Assembly (NCBI GenBank): GCA_026023565.1 | Contig: JAPETS010000066.1 | Span: 1 to 64,000, forward strand | Direction of reading: 5' to 3' | DNA length: 64,000 bases | From: Cirrosporium novae-zelandiae | Taxonomy: Eukaryota | Part shown: one piece after another, positions 38,201 through 51,447 of the stretch | Layout of the letters: every line of letters starts with the position of its first letter | Numbering within the stretch: position 1 is the stretch's first letter | Notes under the pieces: generated by a model | The model's input: only the letters and a program-made list of their open reading frames with translations | What the model was told of the DNA's origin: nothing | The model's database searches: none | Position numbers and translations under genes: made by a program

Positions 38201-39308
38201 TGGCCAATAGACCAGAACTTGAACTGGCCATCTTCGTGCGGGGAGAAAGTTACTGCAAAATAGCTATTCCCCGCAACCGCTCGTTCAGAGTTGAACATCC
38301 GAATACGGTGGGTATTTGCCGGATTAAGCCTATATTGCAAAGCTTCCTGGGGCAACCTTTCTTTGTTTAGAAGATCTTTACCACAATCCACCTTCCCAGA
38401 TTCAATATTCCATGCCTTGAGCATATGGTTTAGGCATACAGTAAAAACATATTTGCCATCCGGAGAAGTCGCAAGAGCTGTAGCAGTTGATTGATCCAAA
38501 GACCTGCCGTCATATCGAATAGTATTATTTCCCTGCCATCTGATAAGACCACGAAGAGAAGAAGCCCAGGCACCGTCGTTGTATGTAGCTTCTCGCCATA
38601 AGAAACCTAGATTCCTGTCAGCACATCCAGAAATTTTTATCAACCATAGATCGTACTGTGTTCCTCGGGCTTTCTAGTCAGCCTCAACAGCCCACCATTG
38701 TCCAGCGCAATCCACACATCGTAAGAATTGCTAGCATGTATCTTATGTGGATGCGCCATACTGAATGCGTTGGGAGAAAAAGCATTATACCAAGACGAAA
38801 TTTCTGCCTCAGAAGCCAGAGGCCTGTAAAAAAACTCATGTCGCAGCGTCAATGTATGTAGCTGATTATTCTTCGTCAAAACCAGAACAGTCAACAAATC
38901 ATGGGCTTTCGTATCTGCTAATGCCACCCCATCAGCTCTTATAGGCGACGGGAAAGTGAATCGCAAGACGAGCTTCGCCTCATTTCCATCATGGCCACTT
39001 CTGAACAGATCAATACACCGTAGCTCCAAAATATTGTCTCCCAGTACCCGCCATAGAATGGTCCGAGGTGATTGATTAGATTGTCGGAAATAGATAGAAC
39101 CGCGCGCAGCCAGGTATTTGTGAGCAAAGGTACTCTCATCGACCGCAATAAGGTTATCGTGTTCAGGACGGTTCCCACGTTTTAATCGTGGGGAGAGGGA
39201 AGTGTAACTGAATGTTGGAATGATGATGTAGATGACGGCGTCTGGATTGGGAGGGGAGAGATCGACGCGCGTCTCTTTGAAGAGACAGAGATTTTTAGAT
39301 ATGGTCAT
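35290..39308 (-). CDS. NUP120: Nucleoporin Nup120/Nup160; one intron (~38655-38607)
   Basis: N-terminal FKETRVDL...SIYFR...PRTILWR, predicted beta-propeller then helical solenoid, C-terminal RRVVALEDLRREYQEELDRVAAVEGG typical of fungal Nup120/160. Confidence 0.85.
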
Positions 39309-39573
39309 GATTACTCAAGCCATCTGGGATATGATGGAAAGTAAAATATAGAGATTTAGATAGTAGAGGTTGAAATGATGGGATATTCAAAGTTAATGAA
39401 GCGCGTTGATTGGTCAAAGCTTTCACATTCTAGCTCAGAATCAGTAACTCAGCAACATCATCAGAACCAAACCCCCACCACAAAACCAATACTCATTCTA
39501 AGTTCTACTCTACCACTCTGACCACAATCGATTACTTTACCCCAAGACTATTTTATACTCATCTTTTCTAAAA

Positions 39574-40049
39574 ATGTCCGCCCAGGGATCTACCGAGTCA
39601 ACCAAAGCAGTGACCAAAGATACTAAAGAATCTGCCGAAGAGACCCAGAAGCCTCCTGCTCCCCTAGAAGAGGATGATGAATTCGAAGACTTCCCCGCTG
39701 ATGGTGTGTGCTCTTTGCGATCCCCTTTCCCGCCCTGTCCACCTCCAGTCGGAGACGGAAGTCCATCATCGCAATCCTATTTATATTTTGAAAAGATTTT
39801 ATATCGGACTACACTAACAATGTGTTCAATCTAGACTGGTCACAAGAAGATGCGGAAGTAGCTAGTCAGAATCAGCATTTGTGGGAGGAAAGCTGGGATG
39901 ACGATGATACAAGCGAGGACTTTTCTAAGCAGCTCAAGTACGTACAGATATTCTTTGCATATACTCCCTTCACACTACTTGAATGCATATTAATATACTT
40001 TTCTACCTTCAGAGAAGAGTTAAAGAAAGTTGAATCTTCCAAGCGGTGA
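39574..40049 (+). CDS. SEM1: Sem1/DSS1 (proteasome lid, TREX-2 and BRCA2 cofactor); 3 exons
   Basis: LEEDDEFEDFPADDW...HLWEESWDDDDTSEDFSKQLKEELKK. Confidence 0.96.
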
Positions 40050-40375
40050 ACGAACATATCTCTGATGGACAGAGAGTGAGCGAGCGTATATGGGTTTATG
40101 GTTGCGATTACGATTCAGCAGGCGTTAAGAATACATTATATTATCTTACCACCAAGGAGGCCAATCAAACGGCAATAAAACTTTTTTGCATTTAATTTTT
40201 TTCAAGTATCTATCATGAAATCGGGGTCTTCGTATACGCCGTCATAGTACCCAAGGTCCATCCATTTGCAATGACCGGATTCACGAATTCCCCGCCTTTC
40301 CTATTTCATCAAATCCTTCCTAACCTTCCTTTGGCTATACCCTTAGATTTTATATAGGCATTGGCCTTTTTTCAT

Positions 40376-41751
40376 TCATTTGCTTGATAGAGCCACAACA
40401 CCAGGAAGTTCCTTGCCTTCTAGCAGCTCCAAAGAGGCACCACCCCCAGTCGAGACGTGGCTAAGTTTGGCTTCAGCTCCATACTTCTTAGCGACGGTAG
40501 CAGTATCACCACCACCAATGATGACGATCTTGCCCTTCCCGCAGCCCTCAACAACGGCGTCAAGAGTCTCCTTGGTACCATGGGCAAACTTCTCGAATTC
40601 GAAGACGCCAGCGGGACCGTTCCAGAGAATAGTATTAGCCTCGGCGATGGTAGCCTTGTATAATTTAAGGGACTTCTCGCCGCAGTCCAGTCCTTGCCAG
40701 CCATCTGGAATACCATCCTTGTCGGTGGCATAGCCGGTGGTTGCATCCTTGTCAAACTTGTCTGCGGTGATGAAATCAACAGGTAGAACAACCTTGACGT
40801 TATTCTTCTTGGCTTTTTCCATCAAATCGCCAACAATCTTGCTACCAGCCTCATCGAATAAACTGTTCCCGATCTTCATGCCTTCGAGGGTCTTCTTGAA
40901 GGTGAAAGCCATACCACCGCAGATGATAAGGCTGTTGACCTTCCCCAGCAGATTATCAATCAGCTGAATCTTATCGGAAACCTTAGCACCGCCAAGAATA
41001 GCAAGGAATGGTCTCTTGGGGCTCTCAAGTGCTTGGGCAAAGTAGTCAAGTTCCTTCTTCATAAGGAAACCAGAAGCCTTTTGCGGGAGTTCACAACCAA
41101 CCATAGAGCTGTGGGCACGGTGAGCAGTACCGAAAGCATCATCTAAAACACATTAGCACCTTAATCAGAAGCAAATTCATACAACTAGGCTTACTGATGT
41201 ATACATCACCCAAGGCTGTGAGTCCTTTTCTGAACTCCGCAACCTTGGCTTTGTCTGCCTTGACCTTCTTTCCCTCTGCATCCTTCATGCTTCCTTCCTC
41301 TTCAATGTGGAACCGCAAGTTTTCCAAAAGGATAACCTGTCCCCCACTAGCCTTGTTCACTGTCTCCTCGACCTCCTCACCGACACACTCATTACAGAAT
41401 GTGACCGGCTTTCCCAACAGACTCTCTAATTCTGGGACGACGGCCTTGAGACTGTACTTCTCATTTCGGGCACCGTTGGGACGACCAAGGTGGGACATGA
41501 GAATGACGGCCTTTGCGCCATTATCGACAGCGTATTTGATGGTAGGTAGGGCGCCAACAATCCGTTGATTGTTGGTGACCTTCTTCTCAGCGTCGAGAGG
41601 AACATTGAAGTCAACCTGGAAAAATCATAGCTGGTCAATCGCCTGTTGTTCTTTGGCATATCTAAAGTTCGGATAGGAAACCTACTCGGATCAGAACACG
41701 CTTATCCTTAACATCAAGGTCAGTGATGGCGAGTTTGTTAGATAACGACAT
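40376..41751 (-). CDS. PGK1: Phosphoglycerate kinase; 3 exons
   Basis: [92 protein letters not shown]. Confidence 0.99.
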
Positions 41752-42477
41752 GATGAATTCTAAATTACTGAAGAATTGGATGATCAAGACGATGTAATGA
41801 AAGAAAGTTCTCAGATGGATGATTGCTGCTGAGTGTCGGAAAAGCAAACAGGAGGGGGGGCCCGGTGGGCTTAAGAAAGTGCTTTTTTGGTGGGGCAGAG
41901 GTTACTAAGAGGGGCACTCTCATGAGCGTGGTGTGATTGCCGCGGTGACGAAAAGTCAGGTCAAGCATCAGACAGGCCAGCATTCAAATGTTACCTTTGG
42001 CCCGCCATTCTCTCTATTCTCTTGCTTTATTTTCCTACATTGATGTCATCTTATCTCTCATACCAAGTATTAGTTGGAGCATTTGATTGCTTCTCTACTT
42101 ATAGTACATGCCTAGGCCCGTCAAGGCTTTTTATACTAACAGCTATTACATTGTGTTATAACTATCCACCAGTAATGAATGTAGAAAATTGTTGAACCGA
42201 ACACTAGGGAAATTTGTCTGGAACTTGGAACAAGGGAGAATCATAGAAAAAGGAACGTAAATCTTATACAACGCCCAGCCTTTGGTCCGTCCTGGTCCGT
42301 GTCTTACGCCTGCCATTAAAACTCCAACACAAGCCTTGGACCGAAACACCCGGCGCTTAATCTTTAATTCACAGCCGCCATCCAACCAGCCCCCAGTGCC
42401 AGTTACGTATCAAGGGTAAATATACAGTCCAGTCACAACACTGCTTCGGCTGTGTTTCTAGGATATACCCTATTTAT

Positions 42478-43387
42478 TCAAGCCTCATCCGAAGAATTCG
42501 TGAGAGAAAGATAGGCTGTCCAAGCGATCCCAATCGTCGACACAAATGGCTAATGTATTCATTAGTTAAGTGATCGCCCTTTTTTCCCATTAAGACTTAC
42601 AAGCTGAAACTGGATGGGCATAACTCTGAAGTTTATAATTTGCACTGCCGGCCAGAGGACGAAATTTGCCTTCAATGATGGAACATAGACATCCTGGAAT
42701 TTGCGCATAATAGCACGCTTACCTCCACCTTCAGCCACAGTCATGAACGTGAAGAAGCACGAAAGACCTAAGATTATCAGCTTGTAAATCCTTTTATAAG
42801 AGGCATGATAAGATTACTAACCAACAGGGGCAAACACCAGCTGGTCAACGGCTACTCGTTTTAAAGCCGGAATGGTCGCACTCGTCTTTGTAATTGGAAA
42901 GGCTCTGGATAAGAAGCCAAACCACTTGAATTGTATCGGTGCCATGATAAACCCATAGGACATGAAACGAGTCAATCGTTCAAAGTCAAATGGAGGTGGG
43001 AGAGTCCTTGGCATAGATTCGGTCGTCCATGAGTCCTTCTTGTCGAGATCCTTAATCTCAATCGATATGAAGTCGTCCTTTCCGAGCCCTCGACCTTTTT
43101 GAACTCTCTGTCGTATGGCGGTTATGGACTGCGCCACTGTATCTGCTATACCTGAAAGAATCTACCTCGCGTTAGCGACAATGCTGGATTGGAAGACACC
43201 GCTAAAAGCTGAGATCAAGGGTGGGAGGTGTTGTATAAGACATACAGCATTCGTTATCATAGTCGTCAAAACTATTTTCAGTCTTAGTATCGAGCTTTTC
43301 ACAAAGGCGCGGAAATCCGCAGGACTTACTCGGGCGCTCTGAATAGTAGACATTGAATTTGGTCATCAACCTCCCGGCGATGGCCAT
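42478..43387 (-). CDS. Mpv17/PMP22 (Sym1-like) membrane protein; 5 exons
   Basis: Spliced YYSERPILTTMITNAILSGIADTVAQ...FDFERLTRFMSYG...KRVAVDQLVFAP...LKANFVLWPAVQIINF...WTAYLSLTNS. Confidence 0.9.
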
Positions 43388-46121
43388 TTCGATCAGGAAG
43401 ATTAGGGTATGAAGAAGGGGCTACACATTAGCGATGGAAAAGTTAGTGATGTTGGATGTATTGATTTGAGTTGGTTGCTATTGTCCAATGGTGTCATTGA
43501 GGCGTAATGTGCCACCTGAGGAACTCACGATCCTGCCATAGATATATCTACTATTCAACGCCCCCAGCATACGTTTCCGGGCAGTTTCAATCATCATCAT
43601 TTTGAAGGAGTCGAAGGAGAAACAGCAGAAAATGAAAAATGCAATGGGTCCGTCAAAGGAGGAAAGACGGTGGGCGATCGGGGGATCTGGGAATTTGGAA
43701 TTTGTTGGAATTTCAGCGGGCGGTCGGGGGACGGGGGTCTATGAAGCACTGGGGAGGATGCACAATTGCACAAGATGCACACACACACACAGGAGGCAAG
43801 GTTATGATGCAATACAAGTTGATTAGGTAGAGAAGTAAGCCCCAACGAACAGGGTTGGGAGTAGATGGAAAAGCTTGACCTGCAAGATACTTGAGTGGAG
43901 GAGAATTAAGATAGATATTGTAGTACTCGAGTAGACACTGATGAACAGTCACTGGGGAAAAGGCTTTTGAGAGAGCGTGTATTTAATGTGACCATAGATG
44001 GGGGGAGAGGGGGCACGGGGTGAGAGTTAGACTATCGGCTTGCTCTACCGACAAGCACAAGCACAAGAGCAACAAGGCTGAAACTTCAAGTCGTAAAAAT
44101 ACCAAGAACCGATGTTCTTGGCGGAAAGGCCTTGTGGTCCGCAAAATATTCTAGCCTCGTTGGTTGGATAATTAGTATAATTAGTCATTACTCGAGTACA
44201 ATTAATTACCGAAGGCACGTTGCACCGTCGGTCTATTTTGTAAATATCTTTATAGCCAGTCGAATGCGTCATGCACATGTCTTCAAGCAAAACCAAATCT
44301 CAAATATTAATTCATCACCACCCCTTCTCACCCTTGTGTCCTCTATTATAGTCCTTGCAAGAGATCTATCCACTACCACTGTGAAAGCAATCCTGTCAAC
44401 AGCATGCAGCTCTAACAAAGTCATCTTAAGCAATCGAAACCATCGATTCCATGAGGCTCGAACGGCTAGCAGATGATATAGTCGGTGGCCTTGAGATCCA
44501 AACCCCGTCCACTTCCACCCCGCTCTCAATCGCCCTGACACCAAACGGTATGTCATTTCCTTGCTTTTGTCTCGTATTTTCTCGTTTGTGGGTTCTCTTT
44601 AGTTCTTCAACATTTGAATACTTCTGTATCCGCCAATGGTTGTATACGAGTTTGCAACCACCAGCTACAATGGTGAAAAACTATGCCGGTTAATGGGATG
44701 TGAATACAAGAGGGGGCTGATAGACTTACGATGGCAACTGCTAGGATCTGAGAAATAGAGTGTTAACCATTTGATTCAGCCATCGACACTTTCTGGCAAA
44801 CTTACAAAGCACATCTTCTCCCATAATGCCCACGAGGCCCAGAAAGCATTCATTCCGACGGTCTTTTTAGAGGGTTGTTTTCGTTGAGCTTAAGTCTCGG
44901 ATCCAAATTCTTGTCCAGTAGGTCTTTTCCAGTTCGTCAAAGAAGAATAGCTAAGCGGATAAAGATAGAGGAAGTGAATTGAGAGGATTTCGGAGACTTG
45001 AGAGTCATCAGACCAAGTGAAGACTCGCAAGCCGACCTAAGATCCTGTAGATTCCTCTTGAAGTAGTGGGGAGTGATTTTAGTGCCCCTACGCTTAATTG
45101 TTGCTGGGAACTGGTTGCACAAATGACGCTGTGAAACGCAGGTACAACCACTGATGTTGCCGTTGGGGTTGGAATCAAGTTGAATGGAAATTGAAAACTA
45201 AACACCCTTCAGCTAGACATGTTCAGAGGTGATTTCATAAACTTTCCTTTTAATATTCTCCGAATGAAATTGTTGTGGTTACCGGTTAGGCCACTGAAGG
45301 AGGTGCCAGCAGCGGCATCTACCCGTTCATGTCCATGTGACAGTATTCTCCTCTGAGACAACGAAAAAAAAGGGTTGAAAGGCCCAAGAAGTGAAGAAAT
45401 TCCTTGTAGTAATAGAAATGTCAAACCTAAACTAGGCTCACACAAACATTTGATTTGAAGTTTTTTTTTAAAAAAACAAAAAAAACCTTTCTGGTGGAAT
45501 TTAAAAGTCTTGGTTATGCCCCCTCTGCCATCTAACTATGGAAATGCTGTCTTTCCACCTTTTCCCTTACTTCCTTTTGAATGTTGTCCTTCCCCTAAAG
45601 TACATGCACATTTTTTGGTCTTAATTTATGATATTTTATTAGTGTATGCTATCGTCGTTTACAAGAAGATATATCTAAGCACAAGGTCGTGCTGTGAGAA
45701 ACTATAGCAATCATGCCTCTCTTGTAAAATGTAGTAACTAATTAGATCCAAACAAGGGTCTGCCTGCAAACTCCTATGTATGCATTGTAGGACTGCAAGG
45801 ATTACGTTGAATGCTATCGGGGAATAAGAGGGCATGGGGGGGAATGGCCGCCTATGTCAAATATAGCATCACCATTATCCACTGTGCTCCAGCAACTCCA
45901 ACAGCTATTAATAAACCTTTCAATCAGTTCTCTGGGATTTTATGCCAAACACGGCATCTATTAATTCAAGTCCACGGTCAAGGTTAGGCGGACAAGTAGC
46001 ATAAGACCCTGCTAATAATTCAGTGCAAATCCCCATGTTAGTGCCATATACCAGAAGCGGTTCTGTTTTCCATTATTCATAAATCATAACAGCTTTTCCA
46101 TTCTCAAGGAAACTAGTTCCT

Positions 46122-46708
46122 CTATATCCTCTTCCTCTCCTCTTTCAGTCCCCTTTTCGACTCCCTATTCCCAAACGGCCACCCACTCGTTCTCTTATCC
46201 CTTCCCGTTCTTTTGCTAATTCTGCCACTTTCGTTCCCAAAAAGCAAGATCCAGCCACTAAGAGCTGCCAAAGCTGCATCAATTGTCATTCCAAATGCGA
46301 AACCTATCTGCTCGGTAGAATAGTATTGTGTATAGAGATAGGTCGCTGATGTAGTGTGAAAAAGACCAGTAAGACCAACCATGGGCATTGCGTATGGAGC
46401 TTTTGGGTCATCTTCTTCAGGAGTTACAGATAGTGAGGTTGAGGTGAGAGGGATGGAACCGCTAAGGAGGATCGTGAGGAGGGCGAGAGTGAAGAGGGCG
46501 AAGGCAAGGGAACGGCAGAGATAGATTTCAAGGTCTACCAATCGTTAGCGCATCTATTTGAATTGGGATCAAATCCTTATATACCGGTTGAGGCTCGTGC
46601 CTCACTGGAAAGCATAGCAATTATAAGTTTGGGTGTGAGGAGTAGTGGGGTAGCTTGGATGGCCTGGAACCCCGCGCTGCCGTAGGTGTAGGCGTAGAAA
46701 ACGTCCAT
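46122..46708 (-). CDS. Conserved-looking fungal hypothetical membrane protein (about 4 TM helices); one intron (~46584-46535)
   Basis: MDVFYAYTYGSAGFQAIQATPLLLTPKLIIAMLSSEARAST/DLEIYLCRSLAFAL...DPKAPYAMP...GRISKRTGRDKRTSGWPFGN; canonical intron signals. Confidence 0.75.
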
Positions 46709-47042
46709 GGTGATATATGCCCAGTACGAGAAGTAAATTCAAGGTCTCAAGATGGTTTTATGTTATAGCGGGAAAATTACTGCATGAGAAAGAGTCAAAG
46801 TGTATTTTCCACTGTGCACGTTGTGGTATTCTTCGATCGCCAGGAACATTCAACGATCCACGTTAGCCTTCATCACTTAATTACGTCATTTATAGCTTGA
46901 CAAAACTTACAATTGTCAATAGTTAATGGCTGTTTATCAAAACGTTATACTAACTTCTATTTTCTTCGATGAATACTCTTGTACAATGTCTACTTTAGTA
47001 CAAGTATAAAGTAATTCGACATTATTTATCATGATTTCTCGT

Positions 47043-48500
47043 TCATGAATCCCAAATCTGGCCCAATGCGATCACACCCCTGCTTTGTAATTTGTACATG
47101 AGGTTTGCAGTTCCTTCCTTGTTGTTGACTATGAATACTACCTCAGCGTTCGTTGCTTTGTATACATTCCATACTAGTCCCATTAGATCTTTGCGGCCAT
47201 TCTTTCGGGTATCTACAATCACCACATTTTATCTGCATTGGTGATAATGTTGATGATTTCCGTTCCATATGTCTTCTCGGGATTTCCCGTAGACCAAATG
47301 ATTTGAATGTCACACGGTAGTGGATTCTGAAGGAACAATGATAGGAAAGATCTGATCCTAGAGCCAGTTGCAATGAAGATAAGACGGGAGAATATGAGAG
47401 CAAGACGTAGGGAGGAGTGACAGAGCATTTCTCGAGTCTAGACATAGTCTGGAGGATTGAAAATGATCTTCTTTGTCCAATCGCCAGCATTAGATACAAG
47501 AATCGAATAATCTGGAGGCTCGGAAAAAGTAGCAAATTTATGCTACTCGCCTAGCGGATGATGAGCAATAGCGATCGTTGTACCTAGGCACATATTGGCG
47601 TGTCCGAGGTGAAACTTGGGGGCGTGAGAGGAAAGAACATCGGAACGTACAGGAATTCTCTGAAAATTAAACCAAGGATCTAGGATGCTTATAGTGATAA
47701 TAATGAGAAACCAGAATGTTAGAGTTTTGACAAGAGCCCCGCCTAACGAGCGTGAAATTGTTGCCATCGTCGAGGTTTGGGATGGAGAAAAGGAATGTAT
47801 GAATCCAAAAGAGGGTAAGGGCCGTCCATCCACCCAGCCGATGCACGTGTTCAAACGAATTGTGCGATTTGAAACGGAATGACGGGTGGGCCAGGGCTAG
47901 AATCAATACAAGGAACACAAGGAGGATATATGTAAGCGCAATAAGGGGAACCTTGTGCTTCAAGGAAGGCAGATTAGCTATTACAAGATCTCTAGTAACT
48001 ATTCCACAGAACAATAGAAACCACATCACCGAAGATATTGCGCAGCTACTGTGAAGTCCTCCATAGTGATATGCCTTGGAAACGAACCGCCGGACCCAGA
48101 GAGGTGCAGACTTTGGGACCGAGCCGCAGATAACCAGAATCATGTTGATGATATGTTCGCTCCGAACGAGTATTGATATCGTCAAATTAGCTGAGACAGC
48201 AGTGCCAATATTAGTAAATGGCAAGCTGGAAACGCTTTGATGACATGCCAGTAGAGCAATAAAAGTAGCCGTATTAGACAGAAAGATCACACAAAAGATG
48301 AGTCGATACATGGAGAGGAATTTGAACCAAATTCTGTACCAGAGCCTTTGGCTTAGCCCAACTGAAGGGGTTCCAGTCTCCCAAACCGAGTTAGAAAACG
48401 TATTTTCTAGTATATTTGAATGCTCCGATGTCTTGAAAGGAACTCCAATTGGAGTTTTTGAATGGCATGTACTTGGAAAATTTGAATTTGAGTAGGCCAT
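47043..48500 (-). pseudogene. Pseudogene of a TmpA-like ferric-reductase-type membrane flavoprotein
   Basis: Motifs YHYGGLHSSCA, FRFKSHNSFEHVHRLGGW, PLGE*HKFAT, SNAGDWTK, ATGSRI and GQIWDS are spread over three frames; in-frame TAG at 47543-47545 and 47438-47440; frameshifts near ~47770 and ~47225 with no intron signals. Confidence 0.8.
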
Positions 48501-50329
48501 TGCGTAAACCTAGAGTTGAGATACGACCTTTTAAGATATCAGGTTATGCAATTTGTTCTTTTGTAGAGAAAGATATGAACTTTTAAAACAAAATTGCGGA
48601 GTCATTCAAACAGTTTATATTGTGTGGTTTATCAGAATAATTTCTATATTCGAACACAGTGGATTCAGAAGCTGGTTAGGCTCAACGCAAAGACAATAAG
48701 AGAAACGAGGAGGGTGGAATCAGAGCTCTGGCCCACTCACACATCATGAATATATGGCGGAGCCACGTCATGGATGAAGGTGAAGTTCTCCAAATTGACA
48801 AGATGTGGTACGGCAAGGCACAGTTACAAAATAGCATAGTGCAGGTAGAGGCACATGGTAGAAAGGGGAAAATATCCCAACCACCAATTAGAGGATTGCC
48901 CCCAGGGCTGACCATCCAGCAAGACAACGATTAAAGGTGAACGAATGTATATTGCATGAAATGTTGAAAATGTATTGGAGAATAAATGACTCAAGAACCC
49001 TAAAATTATCAAATACGAGCATTGTTCCCTCCAGTCTGTGCCTATGCATCTGTAGTGCTGGCAGATTGCCTTCCATTGAAATTGCTTGTTAGTCTCCTAG
49101 GGCTTTGGTTGGCAGGTTATCCTAATGGTTTGATATTTTGGGGTACACTAACACTCACGCGGGTAGAAAGACTCCTTTGGTTCCGAAAACGAGTATTAGA
49201 TATGATGAGGGCGAGGTTTGAGGACACTATTGCTATAGATGGACATTGTTGACGAGGTTCATACACCATATAATTGACAAAAAGGATGGAAGAATGATTA
49301 AATAGACTCTCACATATCCAATAGTATATTGAAAACATTATCAAAGATAAGAATTCAGGGCAAGGGGATAAAAGCTAAGAAATGGATTGAAAAGTTAACA
49401 TCTTTTGATAGCTATCAACTTTGTAGATGCATAAGCTCAAAGAAAGCGAGGGGCTAATATCCTAGTAGAAAGAAGTGGCTTTAGATAAGGTAGTGATGAA
49501 GGGCTGAATAGAACAAGATAGGTATGTCAACGAGAGAGTAGGATTTTTAGAGCGTTAGAAATCAATCCTACGACAAGTTTAACTAACCAAATATAAAGTC
49601 AAGTACTTAATGGAAATATGAAATAGATAATTAGCTTTGCAACTAGAGCTTGGATGCTAATTTCTCTAATAGGGTAGAGGCAGATGTTGTTCTTAATTAA
49701 GGATGGTATAGATGGATGTTGGATGGAGGTGTTGGAGGTGAGATGGAAAAGTTGGGCAGGCTGGACTTTCTTTCCTGACCGTGGCTATGTGGGAATACGA
49801 TATCGCGAAATATGCATATTTTCGTCGGTAACTACCTACAATAATTTTTACAATATCAAAATCTCCATAATTTTACTGTTTTCTTTCGCCCCTTTCAAGT
49901 TATAGGCCTATGAAGCTCTTTACTTAGCCCTGAGGACTTGCCTGATTAGAATTGAAACAGAAGAAGCTCGAATCGTTTGCATTCTTTTTCGTCATGATGG
50001 TCGTGACGCACATCAATGCAGTATCACCTAATGTACACACAGCTTTTTATGTCCTCATGAAGACCATTAGAAACCGTGCGAATGAACAAGATAAACGTGT
50101 CCGAAAATGCCGCTTCCAGCATAAGACAATAAGCTTTTTTGGCCTGTACCAACAAAAGAAAGGGCTCCCCCTCCGAGAAGATGTTAGGCCATGCAAATAA
50201 CCCAACTTTTACCGCCCAGATGAACTATCCTGATTTTAGACTTTCTCCCGACTCGAATTCCAAATACGCTGCCGAACGTTTCTGTGCCAAACAGAGGGGG
50301 ATTGATCATTGTGAGCATGGGAGAGAGAT

Positions 50330-51447
50330 TTAGTTAGGGCAAGCTGCCTGGACGTGTCCTGGCTGTTTGCACTTGTAGCAGAGCCGTTCCTGAGAGGGCT
50401 CGGCAGGACAGTCACGAGAGAGATGTCCGGTTTCACCGCCTAAATGGGTCAGTCAATCGAAGATTAAATGAGGTTGATGACATACAATTATAGCACTTTT
50501 GCCCTTGAGTGCAATCACGGGACATGTGACCAAATCCACCACAAGTGTAGCAAGTTTGGCCACCACGGTTGCTATAACCGCCACCTCCGTAGCTGCCTCC
50601 ATAACTGCCAGCACCCATGCCCTGTGGACAATTGCGTGCAATATGGCCTACTTTGCCACATTTGTAGCATTCCTGACCCCCGCCAGAAGCAAATCCGCCT
50701 TCGTTGTTACCAGCAGAGTTTGGGCAATCACGAGAGATATGGCCAGTCTCTCCGCAGCGGTAGCAGGATTTATCTTTGGGAGGTTGAGTGCATTCGCGGC
50801 CTAATATTTATTAATATTACCTAAGATGCGAGGGAGGTCCGAGGTTTACTTACTGACATGGCCCTCCTCTGAAATTAGGTAAAAATCATTAGCCTTGCTT
50901 ATGACATAAAAACATAACTGCTATAGCACTTACGACCACAATTGTAGCTATAAAATCAAGTTAGCAATGCGTAATAAACTGTGGAAGTCATCGCAGACAT
51001 ACCAAGTGGGGTTTCCACGCTTAGGACAGTCACGCGCCTAGAAACAAATAAGTAAAACAATCAAGATGATATTTGTCGATGAGCTACGACAACCCAACCG
51101 AACGAGTGTCGCTTACTTGATGACCAGGTTCGCCGCCTAAAATTGAGGCAACAAGTTAGTTTCGTGCTAAAGAAATACCGAAAGAAACAAGGCTGAAAAT
51201 ATCAATCTAGTCACTAAGGGCAGAAATGAATGAGAGCCATAGCTAGGCGTCATATGAAGACAGAAGGAAACATTCGAATATGCAATGCCATTGAGACGAT
51301 GATCTCCATCAGGTCGCTGTAATGTCGTATGCTCAGCTAGAGACCGTGCTCGCCACAGCAAATTGTCCAATGGTTTCTTATTTTGAATATGAGAGAGACG
51401 TACAGTTGTAGCAGTTACGATTACCGCTTCCAGATGGGAAATCCATG
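50330..51447 (-). CDS. GIS2: CNBP/Gis2/Byr3-like CCHC zinc-knuckle RNA-binding protein; 7 coding exons, several of them micro-exons
   Basis: [47 protein letters not shown]...; repeated CX2CX4HX4C knuckles, Gly-rich linker, [14 protein letters not shown], ends [16 protein letters not shown]. Confidence 0.92.

Noticed and set aside
47438..47545. TAG codons at Trp positions as possible A-to-I editing-restored stops
   Set aside because: The same gene also has frameshifts and a degraded NAD(P)H-binding motif, so simple pseudogenisation is the better explanation.
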